Positions 1 to 11,890 of a stretch of DNA of 64,000 bases are shown in pieces. Positions within the stretch are counted from its first letter, which is position 1. Each line of letters starts with the position of its first letter. Both the position numbers and the translations under genes were made by a program. Below the pieces are notes generated by a model, which was not told the origin of the DNA, made no database searches, and was given only the letters and a program-made list of their open reading frames with translations. Source of the DNA: Octopus bimaculoides (taxonomy: Eukaryota); NCBI RefSeq assembly GCF_001194135.2, contig NC_068995.1:50495610-50559609 (forward strand). The letters are read 5' to 3'.

Positions 1-362
1 AGGTATGCAGTAATATACATCTGGAAGATCCTGGAAGGAATTGTGCCAAATTTTGGCATTGAAAGCTACACCAATGCTAGAACGGGACGACACTGCATAG
101 TGCCAAAGATCCCAGCAATGCCATTGCGCTTCAGGACAAGTTACTGCAACAGTTTGGGTTTCAGAGGCCCACAGCTTTTTAATATTCTTCCAAAGAGCCT
201 GAGGAACCTGCACGATGTAGGGGTTTTTAAATCAAAGCTGGACCTCTTCCTGTCGAGAGTCCCAGATGAACCTACTTCGCGGCAGGAGGTGCAAATGAGG
301 GTTGCTAAATCAAATTCCATTCTTCTCCAAGTGCCACAAATTGTAAGAGGCTCCCTGTAATA
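1..362 (+). mobile_element. 3' end of a CR1/L2-group LINE ORF2 (continues off the left edge)
   Basis: Frame 1 reads RYAVIYIWKILEGIVPN...SLGFRGPQLFNILPKSLRNL...FKSKLDLFLSRVPDEP, the typical post-RT C-terminus, and ends TAA TAA. Confidence 0.8.
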
Positions 363-658
363 ATCTAGGGGAGATGATAATGAAATGGAAACAAAAGATA
401 TGGAATTAGCTCTAAAATATGTTCACAGAGCAAGATTACAGAAGAGAACTAGAAAAGTCTTAAAACTTTTGGTGAATCACTAAAAATGTCCCCTAGGGTA
501 TTCAGAAAGACTGAAATGGGTGAAATACTTGATAAGCTGACAGGGAGAGAAAAGAAAAGGAAAAAAAAAAGAAAGAAAAAATGAGTCTTGAAGCATAACA
601 GATTCTATTGGAAACTAATTCAGGTTTGCAGTGGCACCATGAATAGAATTTGGTCAGT

Positions 659-685
659 TTTATTTATTTGTTTATTCATTTTATT
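659..685 (-). terminator. Cluster of four AATAAA hexamers; probable distal polyadenylation signal of MICAL (3' UTR about 2.7 kb)
   Basis: TTTATT on + at 659, 663, 671 and 680. A U-rich tract follows on the minus strand at about 545-585. Other AATAAA copies nearer the stop could also be used. Confidence 0.45.
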
Positions 686-2286
686 TCTTTGACATGGAAT
701 TGTAAGAACAAAGATATTTATCATGCTAGATACCAGCATAACAATATAAGTGCAGCAACAGACCATTTTGGTTCCCATATGTCTTACTATGGTGATTTTC
801 AACACTGAAGAATAAAATGGACCATGAAAATAAAAAGCAAACAGCGTCCGATTTTTCAGACTGTACCACAGCAAAGAATCCATTAGGAGTTGATAACATT
901 TCTGGTTTCCTGCAGGCTTTGAACTATTAATTCTGAACATTCTATGAATGACTGAGCTCTTCCCCTGCAGAGGAAGGAAAGAAACCTGGCTACAGTTTAC
1001 TGAAATGTAGTGAGCAATTGATGCTACTACTATTGTGAAGCAGTTACAATATGTTTTGTCACAATATGTACACATATGTTGAAATAGATTATCACATTCT
1101 CAAAAACATATCAGTGCAAGTGTCATAAAATAACAGACAAAATGCATATATTTACAACTAATTAAATAGCTTTGCTGATAACTAATCAGTTGGTTTTGTA
1201 GCTTTGAAACATGAAATTTCTAGCAAGGCAAAGTAATATAAAATAAAAATTGGTTCAGTCTTTAACAAAAGGGAAAGCATTCGGTTGAATTGTTCATTTC
1301 TGTAGTTTTCTTTTTTCACTCAGCAAGAATCAAACCAAAGTTGCACAAATGAAAATTAAATATTGAAAACTTATCACTAACAATTTGCATTTTTATTTTC
1401 TAGAAAACCTAGCCATAACACATGAGCATTCGACTCAAAATAAAAATTTATATTTGTCAGTCATGCTACAAAAGTAGATAGTTACTAAAATAATGATTCT
1501 AATGTTTTGTGGTCCATTGTTGTAGTTTACTACAGTTCTAAAGAACCCAAAGAATATCTTGCAAACAGAAAATGCTCTAGCAGACACCATATCGCAAATG
1601 TATTACCAGCTTTGAGTCACAACAGTGGTTAACTAGCAAAAGGCAGGTGAATATTGTTTTTTGTTTGTGGAACTCACCATTTCTTATGAACAAAAATGTA
1701 AGTACACTTTAATATTTGAGGTGGAATGGTTGGAGAATGATAGCAAATAACAAATTGCAAGGAAAACAAAATAGATCCTCTAGAAGTAAACCACAAATTT
1801 ACACGAGAAGATATTGCATAGATAAGACGTTTTAGAGCCACAGCTACCAAAATTAAACAAAATAAAATTTAAAAAATAAATAAGAGAAGTTATTATTACA
1901 GTTGGTCCAAACAGATTACTCAACAATGATATCCACTTAGAGTTAAGCATATCAAAACTGTTTGAGATAATCTGCTGTTGAATTTATGGAGTTTTAGAAA
2001 GAAATAATTGTGTGTGTGTGTTATGGGATGAGTAAATTATAGATTCCTGAAGACAGCTGTGTTGTTTGGAATTGCTATTTATGTCCCTAACGTAGAGTAG
2101 AGAAGTGTTTAGACAAACTATGTAAGCCTTAAATGACATTGATCTATCACATAAACAGAAAAGATCCAATACAACCCACATTTGCTATGGCATCATGCCG
2201 GTGTAAAAATATGGTATATGACACTCTACATGATTTTTGTTTTTCAAGTGAAGGTAAAGTAAATCACATAAGAGGGAGGGGGGGGG

Positions 2287-2770
2287 NNNNNNNNNNNNNN
2301 NNNNNNNNNNNNNNNNNNNNNNNNNNNNNNNNNNNNNNNNNNNNNNNNNNNNNNNNNNNNNNNNNNNNNNNNNNNNNNNNNNNNNNNNNNNNNNNNNNNN
2401 NNNNNNNNNNNNNNNNNNNNNNNNNNNNNNNNNNNNNNNNNNNNNNNNNNNNNNNNNNNNNNNNNNNNNNNNNNNNNNNNNNNNNNNNNNNNNNNNNNNN
2501 NNNNNNNNNNNNNNNNNNNNNNNNNNNNNNNNNNNNNNNNNNNNNNNNNNNNNNNNNNNNNNNNNNNNNNNNNNNNNNNNNNNNNNNNNNNNNNNNNNNN
2601 NNNNNNNNNNNNNNNNNNNNNNNNNNNNNNNNNNNNNNNNNNNNNNNNNNNNNNNNNNNNNNNNNNNNNNNNNNNNNNNNNNNNNNNNNNNNNNNNNNNN
2701 NNNNNNNNNNNNNNNNNNNNNNNNNNNNNNNNNNNNNNNNNNNNNNNNNNNNNNNNNNNNNNNNNNNNNN
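2287..2770. other. Assembly gap (N); others at 34930-35144, 35866-36125, 36865-36874, 41687-41723 and 58518-58527
   Basis: Runs of N. Confidence 1.
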
Positions 2771-3400
2771 ACTGATTTGGATTATTGTAGTCAGTCTAGA
2801 AGCTGTAGTGCACCAACAAAGAAATAAACTGGCAATAAAAACAAAGGGAGAGCTATACATTATTTTACGTATAAAATAGTTTTTGAAACTGAAAGACTCT
2901 CATTTCCGAAGATCTTTGATATTTATAATGAACTTATCATTTTACTTTCGTTTTTATTTATTTTATTTTTTTGGAGGGGATTTTCATGAAAAAAAAAATG
3001 GTTTGTTCCTTTTTTTTTATATATATATTTCACTTATTTTCATTTTTTTTTTTCTTGTTTTTCATTAAGTGATTTTTTTTTCCCAATAATTTGAACCACC
3101 TGAATGTTGCATGATAATAGAAAGCGTGCAAGTAGAAGACAAATGACAATGTTAGTTGTCTCCCCCTTACATGTAAAGCCTCGAGTGTAGATCCAATCAG
3201 GTTGAAGTCAATGGTAGTTGCTTCCCCTGAATAACCGTCGTTTACGTTTTCTTTTATTATTATTATTATTATTATTATTTATTTTTTGGTTAGCGTTGGA
3301 TCTAAGTGAGCTTAGAAACTAAAAATATCTTTATTTTTGTTTTAAGGTTAAAAGTAAAATGTTTCCAACAGTCTGGTATATCTTGGAGAAGAATGCTTTA

Positions 3401-3518
3401 TCATGAAGTTGTTCCTAAGCGTGTTGGTCCTTTCGGAGGTCGTATGCAGCTGAGCGGAGACAGTTCGAAGCCCTTGGTGAGCATTATGCCTTCTAAATCT
3501 CGGTCTTCTTCTCGCTCT
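3401..3518 (-). CDS. MICAL: MICAL last coding exon: EREEDRDLEGIMLTKGFELSPLSCIRPPKGPTRLGTTS*
   Basis: Acceptor tttctttttcag|A, TGA at 3403-3401. EREEDxDLE..ML.KGF matches the MICAL3-type terminus. Confidence 0.92.
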
Positions 3519-3710
3519 CTGAAAAAGAAAAAGTCGAACGAAACATGAAATAAACAATGAAGAACCACAAAATAGCAATATTTTGAACTCACAAACTCGT
3601 TATTGCAAAGCGTTCCTGGATAAGGGAATTAACTCTGCCTGGCTAAGAATAGCGTCCACGCTACTCTCCCTTGTCTCTTTCGTGACAGGAATTATCTTTT
3701 TATTTTTTTT

Positions 3711-4033
3711 TGTTTCAGTCGTTACTGCGGCCAGACTGGGGCACCACCTTGAGAGGATCTAGTCGAAGAAATCGACCCCGATACGTCTTTTAAAGCCTGG
3801 TATGTATTCTATAAGTTTTATTTTTGCCGAACTGCTCAGTTAGGGAACGTAAGCAAACCAACACCGGTTGTCAAGCGATGGTGGAGGATAAACACAGATA
3901 CTTATGATAGGCTTCTTTCAACCAAATTCACTTACAAAGCTTTGACTGACTTAGGGTTATAGTAGAACGTTCCATGCAGTGAGACTAAACCCGGATCCAT
4001 GTATTGGGAAGAAAACCTTACGATAGCCACACC
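3711..4033 (-). mobile_element. SINE family A copy
   Basis: Homologous to 56678-57116. Confidence 0.75.
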
Positions 4034-4960
4034 TTTTTTTAATTATTATTTTAAGCCACCCTATGCACATCAGGGTACATGGGGTGACTGATCAGAACAT
4101 CAGTCGAAATTATATCTTAATTATATACTATGTTATAGCAAAAAAAATTTAAATAAAAAATTTTTTTTAACTGACAAATTAACAAAAATATTTTACATAA
4201 AAAATGCCTCTAAAAATCAGTTAATTTTATATCTTAAATGTTGGATCATATTTGTTTTTATTTTATCACCATCAATTTAGAAAGAAAAAAAACATTTCTT
4301 GAATGTTAGATTAATCTGAGAACATTGTGCAAATATATGAATTCAGAATCAACAGTAAGTATTGTTGGTTAAGGTTAGAAAATTAGAAAAGTAGTTTATC
4401 AATGAGAAAGATCATAAATGTTTAGTAAAAAAAATATATACATAGTTATTCAACACACAAAACTTCATGTAAACATATTAGAAGAAAAGAAATGACTGTC
4501 AGAAAGAAACAACAAAGGGAAGGAATCAAAACAAAGAAAATTTGAATCAATTTGTGACAAACGAAACAAGTAAAACCTTGGACTGAAAGAGCAGCAGTGT
4601 TGACACAACCACTCCATGTCCATTGACACATTTAAATCAAAAGAAATCACATCTTTTAAAGAATCTAAGCTGCAGTTCCATAACACTGGAAATCATTAAA
4701 GTCACTCTGATTTAGAAAATCTTATGGGAATATATTTTCGTAGATGATTAGTTTTTGGTTATAATAGGAATAAACTAAGAGAAGCAAAGTATAACACCTC
4801 AAAGACAATATGGAAATAGATAACAAGTGGTAGGCCTCTATTATTTTGTCACGGACTCTGACAAATGAATTAGTGTATTGGTCAGCTGAATTAAGCTATT
4901 TGGTAAGGGTTCCAATTGTTGCAATGCAATGGATTTACTCTCCTAACATTTAGAGCTTAA

Positions 4961-5172
4961 CCTTTTAACATTCAGTTTACTTTGTCAAATGTAATTCACA
5001 TTCCTTTAAATTAATCATATATTATTTTACAGCTTCAAAATTTTGATGATGTATTTGTTTATTTTAGAATGACATTATAGGATAGGTGTGAGAGGCTGGA
5101 TCTGGTCCATTTCATAACCATTAAGCAGGTAGAATATTTGGACTGGATATGGCTGGTTTAAATGCTAAAGAG
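4961..5172. mobile_element. TTAA-flanked (piggyBac-like) MITE family 1, copy 1
   Basis: TTAA at 4957 and 5173, TIRs ccttttaacatt/aatgctaaagag. Same family at 19026-19231 and 44885-45080. Confidence 0.75.
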
Positions 5173-5700
5173 TTAAAGAATTGGTTGCCATTTTTAAGAA
5201 CATGTAAGAATCTTGATGAAATTTGTTAACGAAAGTTTGGCAGCTATATCAATATACTGAGCAAGTATGCAATAATTCTATTACTAGCATTTCGTGTACT
5301 TAAATGTATTAACGAAATAATAATTTTAAAAAAATCGAAATGTACTTGAATATAGGACCAACTAGAAAAAGATAAAAGTACTAGGTGTTAAAATAAAGTA
5401 ACTGCTAGCAATTAAAGCAAATTGTATCACAGACATTTAATTAACCCAATAATTACTTGCAGTGTTCACACTAATAAAATCAAAGATAAACTCCTGGAGT
5501 TATCAGCACAAAGAAGCAAGTATTTATATCAGATTAGCAAAATGTTCAACCAAACACTGAAATGACTAGAACTTTTGAAGGATGAGCTGGATGACAACTA
5601 ACCTTCAACCTATAGATCTATGGCTGTTCTTCCATTCTGTTTTTTTAATCATCTTTAGATTGATGTGCATGATCTGATTAACGTCTTTCATGTCATTTAT

Positions 5701-6068
5701 CTTTTACTTGTTTCAGTCATTGGATTGCGGCCCATGCTAGAGCACTGTCTCAGAGGTTTTAGCCAAACGAATCAACACCATTACTTATGCCTTTTAAAAT
5801 CTGGTACTTATTCTATTGGTCTCTTTTGCTGAAACCATTAGGTTATGGGGATGTAAACAAACTGACACTGGTTACCAAGCAGTGTGTGGTTTGACACACA
5901 TACAGGCATGAAGACTCAAACATATATACATGATGGGCTTCCTCACAGTTTCTGTCAACTGGATTTACTCACAACCCATTGATCGACCTGGAAGGCATTT
6001 GCCCAAGATGCCCTGCAATGGGACTGAACCTGAAGCCATGGGGTTGGGAAGCAGGCTTCTAAACCACT
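5701..6068 (-). mobile_element. SINE family A copy
   Basis: Homologous to 56678-57116. Confidence 0.75.
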
Positions 6069-6812
6069 GGAATTTCTTTCAACAAACAGAATGTTACACC
6101 TTTTTGTGCATGACCCTAATTATGGACTGGGTATAAGCTGAGTGATCTTCATGGAAATATTCTGTTGAAATCTTTGGGGTAAGTACATTAATTACAATTC
6201 AGAAAATTTGATGTAAAAATTGGTGAAAAACTAAGAAAATCTGTTGACTCTCATTTCACATAGAAATGACACATTATATTTTTTATTGCAAAATTTAAGG
6301 ACTAAGTTTGTTCACGATTTGTTCCTAATAATCCTTTGACTGATATTGATATTTTAACAATTAAGAAGACAATATATATTAACAGAAAAACAATCTGATA
6401 AAGACACTAAAACAACAATAATAATAATAGTAATAATACTAATCATTTACAAAATCTAACGAAGATAGATAATACAACTTAATGGTCAATTTATTTAAGT
6501 ATTCAATTAATTTATTCAGTTTCTTTGAAATCTCTCAGTAGATAAACATTTGAATGAGAAAGAAAGCTGACTCATTGTCTAGTAAAATGTCTAAGATGTC
6601 ATTAACAAGCAGTAGCAGAGGCAACAAGAGCAGCAATGTAGATGGATACAGTGGAAAACTCTACAAAAAGGAGTAATAGAGAAGTGGTGGGGGGGAGGAA
6701 TGACAGACATTGAGAGAAAGACATAGATAAATGTTAAGTGTGTATATGTGTGAACGTATATATCGCTGTGTTTTGTGAATGGTTATAATGCCAGCATAGG
6801 AAGAGAGAATAC

Positions 6813-6927
6813 CTGAGTCGGTCCTCCTCAAGCATTGACACTAAGGCATCACGTTCTTCGACAACTTCAAGCAGTTCAGCAAGAATTCGTTTCTCAGCTT
6901 CAACCTGATCCGAGGTTTTACTCTTCT
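6813..6927 (-). CDS. MICAL: MICAL bMERB exon: EKSKTSDQVEAEKRILAELLEVVEERDALVSMLEEDRLR
   Basis: Acceptor gattttcag|AG, donor AG|gtattc. 115 nt, carries the LLEVVxxRDxLV motif. Confidence 0.93.
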
Positions 6928-7519
6928 CTGAAAATCATGAAATAGGCAACATTCAAGCAAACAAACAAGCATGCTTTCAACAGCAGTGGAAATTCTTATA
7001 AGCAAAATGCACAACAAAACAGTATTTTATATATATATATATATATACATACATACATACATAAATAGGGCAGAGGTTTCAAAGGAGTTTAAAAGTGTAA
7101 TGAATTTGTTTCTAATTAAGTTTAATATAAAGTTTAAGTTATTCATTTTCTAAACTCCTGTGTAACATATGGCCTATTCTGCAGGTAAGTATGTATGCGT
7201 TTGTATTAGTGTATGCGTGTATCTGTGTGTATAGCTGTCCCTTGGTTTACATGGTAGATTGGTTCAGCAAATCTCTCTGCAAGTGGAAATCATGTAAATC
7301 GAGGCCAGGGAATCTACGCTTTTTATGATATTGTTATTACAAGAAAACGAAACAGCAAAAACTTATTTATTGAAATGAGGATTAAAAGAAAATATGATTA
7401 TCATGTGGTAGTTTTCATACATGGCCTTTTGTATGCAAGATTTATTAATTTATTGAATGTTGTTTTCACTTAATATTAAAACTGTTATATCTTTTGTTGA
7501 TTAAAAAAAATCCTCATTA

Positions 7520-8560
7520 TCATTTCTATTATCTGCTGCTGCTGCTTCTTCCATTGTCAATATAGCCAACCATCTCCAAACATCTGTGATTGTAGATCAT
7601 GTAATCTTCTTTCTCTTTTTATTTCAGATTGGTGTAACGATAGGCAGTAATTTATTTTCCTTTGAAATTTCAAACTGCATCCCAAATAGGGATCATTATA
7701 TGAACCCTCATAAGGATCCATATAAAGATAATTAAACAGATCCTTATACAGGCTCATATGATGGGTTTTTCAGATTCCTTGCCATTTGTTTTCTGTCTTT
7801 TACAATTTTTGCAGCAATCAGTGAGTTTGATTTATCAACATCATTCACTTTTGTCATTTGGAATTAGGTGAGCATATCAACTAATTTTCCATCATTAAAT
7901 TCATGATACAAAAATCATCCAATACTTCCACATCCTACTAAAAAGATGATAGTGTGTCCAACTTTAGGTTATTCTTCTTCTTTCAGCTTCACTATTCAGA
8001 AATCCTCCAGACAAAATGGTTTTGCAATATGCATTCAAGATAATTTTTCTTGATTCCACAAATTGCAATTACCTTCCCACAGTGCAGAATTTTAAATTTT
8101 TTTCCATCCACGTTGCACCGTAAGTTAGTTGTTTTCTATATCATCCAGTATTTTATATGCAAATTGTTGAACCAATTTACCTAAAATTCCAAATTATGCT
8201 CTCATCTGACAGTTGAACCAGGTTAGTCATATCGAGTGGTAAAAACAAAACTTAAACATTAAAGAGTTCTACATTAGAGGGATGGGATTACTAGTTATCC
8301 ATTAGAAACAAACATTTTGTAGTCAATATTCTGTTTTTTTTTTAAATAAATTTCAGCTTCAGGAATTAAGTTCTGATAAAATCATTTTCAAATATTGTAA
8401 TAGTTATCTATGATTTGCAGAATGTTTAGAACCTTCTTCAGTTACTTTAGCAAACCATGGCAGGATTTCTCCAGCAGAATCTCCATGAGGTATATGTCCT
8501 CAGCCATACAGCAGTTCAGATATACTTTAACTAAAATGTAGGATAACATAACCAGCATAA
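7520..8560 (-). mobile_element. Degenerate pogo/Tigger (Tc1-mariner) DDE transposase relic
   Basis: Minus strand near 8170-8370 reads LIPEAEIYLKK..FLMDN**SHPSNVELFNV*VLFLPLDMTNLVQLSDESIIWNFR, matching pogo LLLDNAPSHP...FLPPNTTSLLQPMDQGII. It has stops and frameshifts; boundaries are approximate. Confidence 0.7.
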
Positions 8561-8707
8561 GCAGAGTGGTACACATCGACAGAAATACATCGAGACTTGT
8601 ATGTCAGATAGTAAAACATTTTGAAAATTAAGATTTGCTTGAATGAACAAGAGGCAACAACTGCAAACAATGAAACAAACTTTGGTTGATAATTATATGA
8701 TATTGGT

Positions 8708-9015
8708 AAGCATGGCTGTGGCTAAGAAGCTCGCTTTGTAACCACGTGATTTTGGGCTCAATCCCAGTGCAAGGCACCTTGGATGTGTTATTCTACCATA
8801 GCCCTGAGATAACCAATGCCTTATGAGTGAATTTGGCTGATGGAAACTATGTGGAAGCTCATCATATATGTATGTCTGTTTATGTTCACATAACTTAGCA
8901 GTTTGGCAATATGAAACCGATAGAATAAGTATCGGATTTCAAAAAAATAAAATCAGGGGTTCAAGGTAGTGCCCCAGTATGGCCGCAATCAAATGACTGG
9001 AGCAAGGCAAAAGCT
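8708..9015 (+). mobile_element. SINE family A copy, opposite orientation
   Basis: Head catggctgtggctaagaag...; tail ...ccgatagaataagt...ccagtatggccgcaatcaaatgactg. Confidence 0.75.
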
Positions 9016-9761
9016 ACCATTATAAAACTTCAAATTATTTAAAAAAACAAACATTAGATGAATGTTTTGGCCCTATTGTGTTTGCTTCTCCTTTGATTCA
9101 TTCAAGCAAAATATTTTACTGTTTGATGTACAAGTTTTGATATTTTTCTGTCAGACTTAAGCAACATGAAGACAAAATCAGAGTTCCTAAGGGGAAAAAA
9201 AGAAAAAAAAAAGAACACTTTGCAAAGCATGGGGATGTATAAGGGATCACAACAACAAGGTAATCGTGCATTTCAAATCAATAAACAATAATCAACCAAA
9301 GCCAAAAACCATGCTAACGTGAAACCATATAAATGGAATACCATGTAAACCGAGGAACAAAGACATGTATGTTTGTATACACAGAGATGAGATGGGGTGG
9401 GGTGGTGGGAAGGAGTGCTAAAAAAATAAACAACAAAACCATTCTCTAATTTTCTTTTAAAAGAGAAATTGGTTTGATACAGCAGTTGGCAACTGGATTA
9501 GTTACTTCAATCTCTCATGTTCTTCGGTTCAACTGACATAGTCGATAGGATTAGTAAGTACCAGCAATATGTTGGAGTCAACTTCATTAACCTTACCCTT
9601 TTGTTTTAAAATGGATCACAACAGTTTTGTCAATCCAAAATAACTGGAATTTTCAGCGAGGTAGGATTTCTACCCAAATAAAATGCTTTTATATTGTGTT
9701 TAGAGCAATATACAACAGTATTTTAGTTAAACATTCTTGGCAATATCTTATATATATATAT

Positions 9762-9935
9762 TTTATTTAAAAGCAGCAGAAATATAACAAAAAGCTGTTA
9801 CTCGAACGGGAACATGAAACTCTGAGTAACAGTTTTTTTTTGTTATATTTCTGCTGCTTTTAAATAAAGCATATTACTCTACCTCTGGTATTTGAGTACT
9901 CTTTTTTCCATCTTGTACATTTATGTGCTTACTCT
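9762..9935 (+). mobile_element. Putative Penelope-like pLTR fragment with a 5' inverted segment and a partial hammerhead, set between (TA)n tracts
   Basis: Inverted repeat 9762-9803/9824-9868. The loop and right arm read GA-acg-GGAA-cat-GAAA-ctc-t-gag-TA-acag. AATAAA at 9863; (TA)n on both sides. Confidence 0.55.
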
Positions 9936-10849
9936 GGTATATATATATATATATATATACATACATATATATATATATATATACACACATACACACACTG
10001 ATATTGCTGAATAATGAGGTGCTATTGTTATTTAGTCCCAGAGCGTTACTGACTGACCTATGATCTAAGTAATTCCAGCCATGACCATCCCATTATTTTT
10101 TCGATGAGTATAACTAGAACTACTCTATTTAATATGTCCTATTTTTTTTTATGGTGGTAGGGTGAGATCTGAGGGGAATTTGGCTGTTATAGAGTGGGAG
10201 GTGATGTGTCTAGATGTAACAAAGTTTATTCCACTGAGTCGTGGACAGCAACATTTCAGAGTATTTCCCTTTATAAGCAAAGGAAAGAAAATACTAAGAC
10301 GTACACATTTCCAGAATCTGAGAACCAAGAAACTCGGTCTTGTTTCCTGAAGAACTTCTAAGCTGTGACTTTCTCTTGATCGAGTTTTCGTATCAGTTCT
10401 GGAACTCCAGGACAATAGAATTATCTTTACATGTATTTTTAGTTTATAATTTTATATTTCTTTTTTTAATTGGAATTTAATCAAATACACTTTTCTGCTT
10501 GAATGTATTTAAAATTTATATGCGTTATTTCTTTACGATCGATATAATTTAATGTCATTTGATTGATTATGGCATTTTTTATTATGTAAATAATAAAGCT
10601 ATAATACATCATCATTTAACTCTGTTTTCTATGCTGGCATGGATTGGAAGATATTTAACATTTTAATGAACATACTTTTACAATTATCCTCCCCACTAGC
10701 TCAATGTTCTTAAAATAAGACACACCTAGAGAACTTCTCTTCCCATAATTCATTGCCACATCAATAACAACAAGAACAGCTTCGTAATCAACATATCTAT
10801 GGGATGGAAAGGTCGGCTGTTCTGTTGTACAACAAATATTCCTTTTACT

Positions 10850-11140
10850 AGTGGAGCCATGTGGTTATGGTATTCAGCTCATGACCATATCATAAGGTCA
10901 TGAGATTTGATACCCAGCAGCTTGTTGTGTCCTTGAGCAAGACTCTTTATTTCATGTTGCTCCAGTCCACTCAGCTGGCAAAAAAGAGTTGTACCTCTAA
11001 TTGAAAGGCTCAGCCTTGTCACATTTTGTGTCATGCTGAATCAGCCTGAGAACTACATCAAGAGCACACATGTCTGTGGAATCCTCAGCCACTTTGATGT
11101 TAATTTCACAAGCAGTCAGGTTAGTTGATCAGAGGATACA
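10850..11140 (+). mobile_element. SINE family C copy
   Basis: tRNA-like head then ccttgagcaagactc...ccactcagctgg. Relatives at 17160-17322 (-) and 26225-26370 (+). Confidence 0.6.
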
Positions 11141-11339
11141 GAAATTTGCATTAAGAGCAAACTTTATCTTTTTTTTGTTTTGTTTTGCAGAGTATGTATG
11201 CAACCATTAGAGTATCATTCTCTCAAATTTCTTTGATTAATAAAAATCAACCCAGAACAAGAGTGCATACACAAGTGCATAGTTGAGAGAGAATCCTGAC
11301 CAACCACAAGGGTACAGTTGAGAGGGAACACTGACCAAT

Positions 11340-11890
11340 CACAAAGCCTTTTTCCAATGCTCTAATGATTCTGCCCACCCAGCAGCCTTGCCAATCCACT
11401 GCCCTGCAAAAATAATAACCCTTTCCATTACAGGCCTGAAATCATTTGGTAGAAGGGGGTCCAAGTCGATTACATTAACCCCAAAATGATGGAAGGCAAG
11501 GTCAACCTTAGCGGCATTTGAACTCAACACCTAATGACAGATGAAATGCCACAAAGCATTTTCTCTGATATGCTAACGATCCTTCCAGCTTGCCACCTTA
11601 TAATAAAAATAATGGTCTTTGATTTAGGCAGAAGGTCAGTGATTCTGAGGGGAGGGGTTCAGTCAGTACCATCCACCCCAGTATTTGACTGAAACCTTAT
11701 TTTACTGACACCAAAAGAATGAAAGACAAAATTTACCGTAGCAAGATTTGAACTCAGAAATGTAAAGAGCTGGAATGAATACTGCAAAACATTTTCAATA
11801 TCTATTGCAGCTCCTTATGTTCTGACTTCAGATCCTGCCAAGGTCAACTTAGCCTTTCATCCCCCTGGAGTCAATATAATAAGGCTCCAG
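11340..11890. mobile_element. Cluster of three SINE family B copies, orientations -,-,+
   Basis: Homology to the 19270-20060 copies. Confidence 0.7.

Noticed and set aside
2133-2879. Long ORFs spanning N runs (also 34579-36216)
   Set aside because: Artefacts of assembly gaps.
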